Shown here one piece after another: positions 62,599 through 64,000 of a stretch of 64,000 nucleotides of DNA. The DNA comes from Alphaproteobacteria bacterium. Lineage in GTDB: Bacteria > Pseudomonadota > Alphaproteobacteria > Rickettsiales > JADKJE01. The notes below the pieces were generated by a model. It saw only the letters and a program-made list of their open reading frames with translations, did not search any database and had not been told where the DNA came from. Each line of letters begins with the position of its first letter. Positions within the stretch are counted from its first letter, which is position 1. The stretch is taken from the NCBI GenBank assembly GCA_016722515.1, contig JADKJE010000002.1, forward strand, positions 779,682-843,681, read 5' to 3'. A program made the translations under genes and the position numbers.

Positions 62599-63885
62599 AT
62601 GCGCCTTTCCACCTTTGATAAACCACGTATTATCAGTTGTGCCGAAATCTTCAAGAAATATATCGGCTTACCGCGTGGTTGTTATGATGAAGCCAAAGAA
62701 TTACTGGAATCTTTAGGAATCAAGGTGGTAGTTGAGGATAAAAGGAACAATGGTTCTGGGGTGAAAGTCGCATTCCTTGGCTAATTAACCGATGAGCAGC
62801 AAGACGCAGCAAAGACTTTGCTGAAACATGATACTGGCATACTCGCCGCAACCACCGCGTTTGGCAAAACCGTGGTTGCAGCAAATATCATTGCTTACCG
62901 GCAGGTGAACACATTGGTGCTGGTACACCGCCGTCAATTACTCGATCAATGGGTAGCAAGATTACAGATTTTTCTCAATATTCCGGAAAAAAATATCGGC
63001 ATAATCGGTGGCGGCAAGCGTAAGCCGACTGGTATTATTGATGTCGCGTTAATCCAAAGCCTTGTGCGCAGGAATGAGGTTGATGATATCGTTGCAGATT
63101 ATGGGCAGCTCATAGTGGATGAATGTCACCATTTATCTGCTGTAAGCTTTGAAGCGGTAGCACGTGCAAGTAAGGCACGTTATGTACTTGGTTTGACCGC
63201 TACAGCAACACGTAAAGACGGCCATCATCCGATTATTAGCATGCAATGCGGCCCTATACGCTATCGTGTGGATGCAAAGAAACAAGCAGGACTCAGACCA
63301 TTTACACACAAAGTTGTAATACGAAATACGACCTTCAAATTTTCAGCCCTAACAGATAAAGCTCCAACCATCACTCAATTATATGCAGCTATTGCTAATG
63401 ATGAAATACGAAACCAGGGAATTTTTGATGATGTACTGAAGTCACTGGAATCTGGCCGCAATCCTATTCTCATTACGGAACGCAAAAATCATGTATCTGC
63501 GTTCGCAGAGCAATTTTCCAAGTTCTGCAAGCATGTTGTGGTGATGGTAGGCGGACAAAACACAAAGCAGCGTGAAAAAGTGAGAGAACAGCTTGCATCC
63601 ATTCCAGAAACTGAAGAACGCCTGTTAATAGCCACAGGCCGTTATATTGGCGAAGGGTTTGATGATCATAGGTTAGACACACTGTTTCTTACTATGCCTG
63701 TCTCATGGCATGGAACGCTTGCACAATACGCGGGTCGCCTGCACCGGCTCCATCCCGGTAAGAAAGAAGTTATTATCTACGATTATGTAGATCAAGCCGT
63801 TCCAATGCTTGCCAAAATGGCCGATAAAAGGCGTAAAGGCTATGAGAGGCTGGGATATACATTTTCTACCCCCGATGTCACTTAA
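62599..63885 (+). pseudogene. SF2 DEAD/DEAH-box helicase (type III restriction res-subunit-like), N-terminally truncated with an in-frame TAA
   Basis: Two ORFs in the same frame, separated by TAA at 62782-62784 (AFLG*LTDEQQDA); motif I AATTAFGKT, motif II DECHH, motif VI QYAGRLHR. Confidence 0.75.
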
Positions 63886-64000
63886 GCGTTGAAATGTCCA
63901 TTCTTGTCCAATTATTCACAGAGGCTCTTACCCCACTAACCCGGATATTTCATGAAGGCATGAAGTAATAGGTTGGCGGAACCGCCTTTATCTTATATAT

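Overview
This is an AT-rich gammaproteobacterial chromosome segment. Its gene content looks Legionellales/Legionella-like: several ankyrin-repeat and RNI-type LRR proteins, many orphan low-GC ORFs and IS debris. That assignment is inference only; no database check was possible. Bases 1-19.4 kb are ordinary core genes: a 5'-truncated ABC exporter, two SRPBCC proteins, an orphan KdpE-like response regulator, a run of small stress/envelope proteins each with its own hairpin terminator, a LigB-type dioxygenase, pirin, a LysR regulator, MsrA, an M50 protease, a CopA P-type ATPase, a two-gene operon of large unknown proteins, and mntP behind a yybP-ykoY Mn riboswitch. From a gutted katG remnant at 19.6 kb onward the window is a mosaic accessory region. 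It holds eukaryotic-like effector candidates (two ankyrin proteins, one LRR protein, a double-AAA ATPase and its decayed paralog). It also holds remnants of IS630, IS256, IS5 and IS30, an intact-looking IS3, and IS30-derived 90-bp MITEs. Other content is a degenerate array of polymorphic-toxin C-terminal stubs with immunity-type genes (YwqG/DUF1963, Imm8 and others), a class III Fic, an AbiEi/AbiEii pair with twin palindromic operators, and a nonsense-interrupted SF2 helicase. The most interesting content is a duplicated, diverged module at 36.8-50.8 kb: LuxI/FeeM/OlsB-like N-acyltransferase + TonB-dependent receptor + YfiR-like periplasmic protein + CHASE8/HAMP histidine kinase. Each kinase is followed by a 0.5-kb PD-(D/E)xK-like cassette; there are three cassette copies in the window, with a G5/G6/G7 tract at the ribosome-binding site. 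A 1.2-kb near-identical tract joins the 3' halves of the two kinase genes. No intact tRNA, rRNA or CRISPR array was seen.
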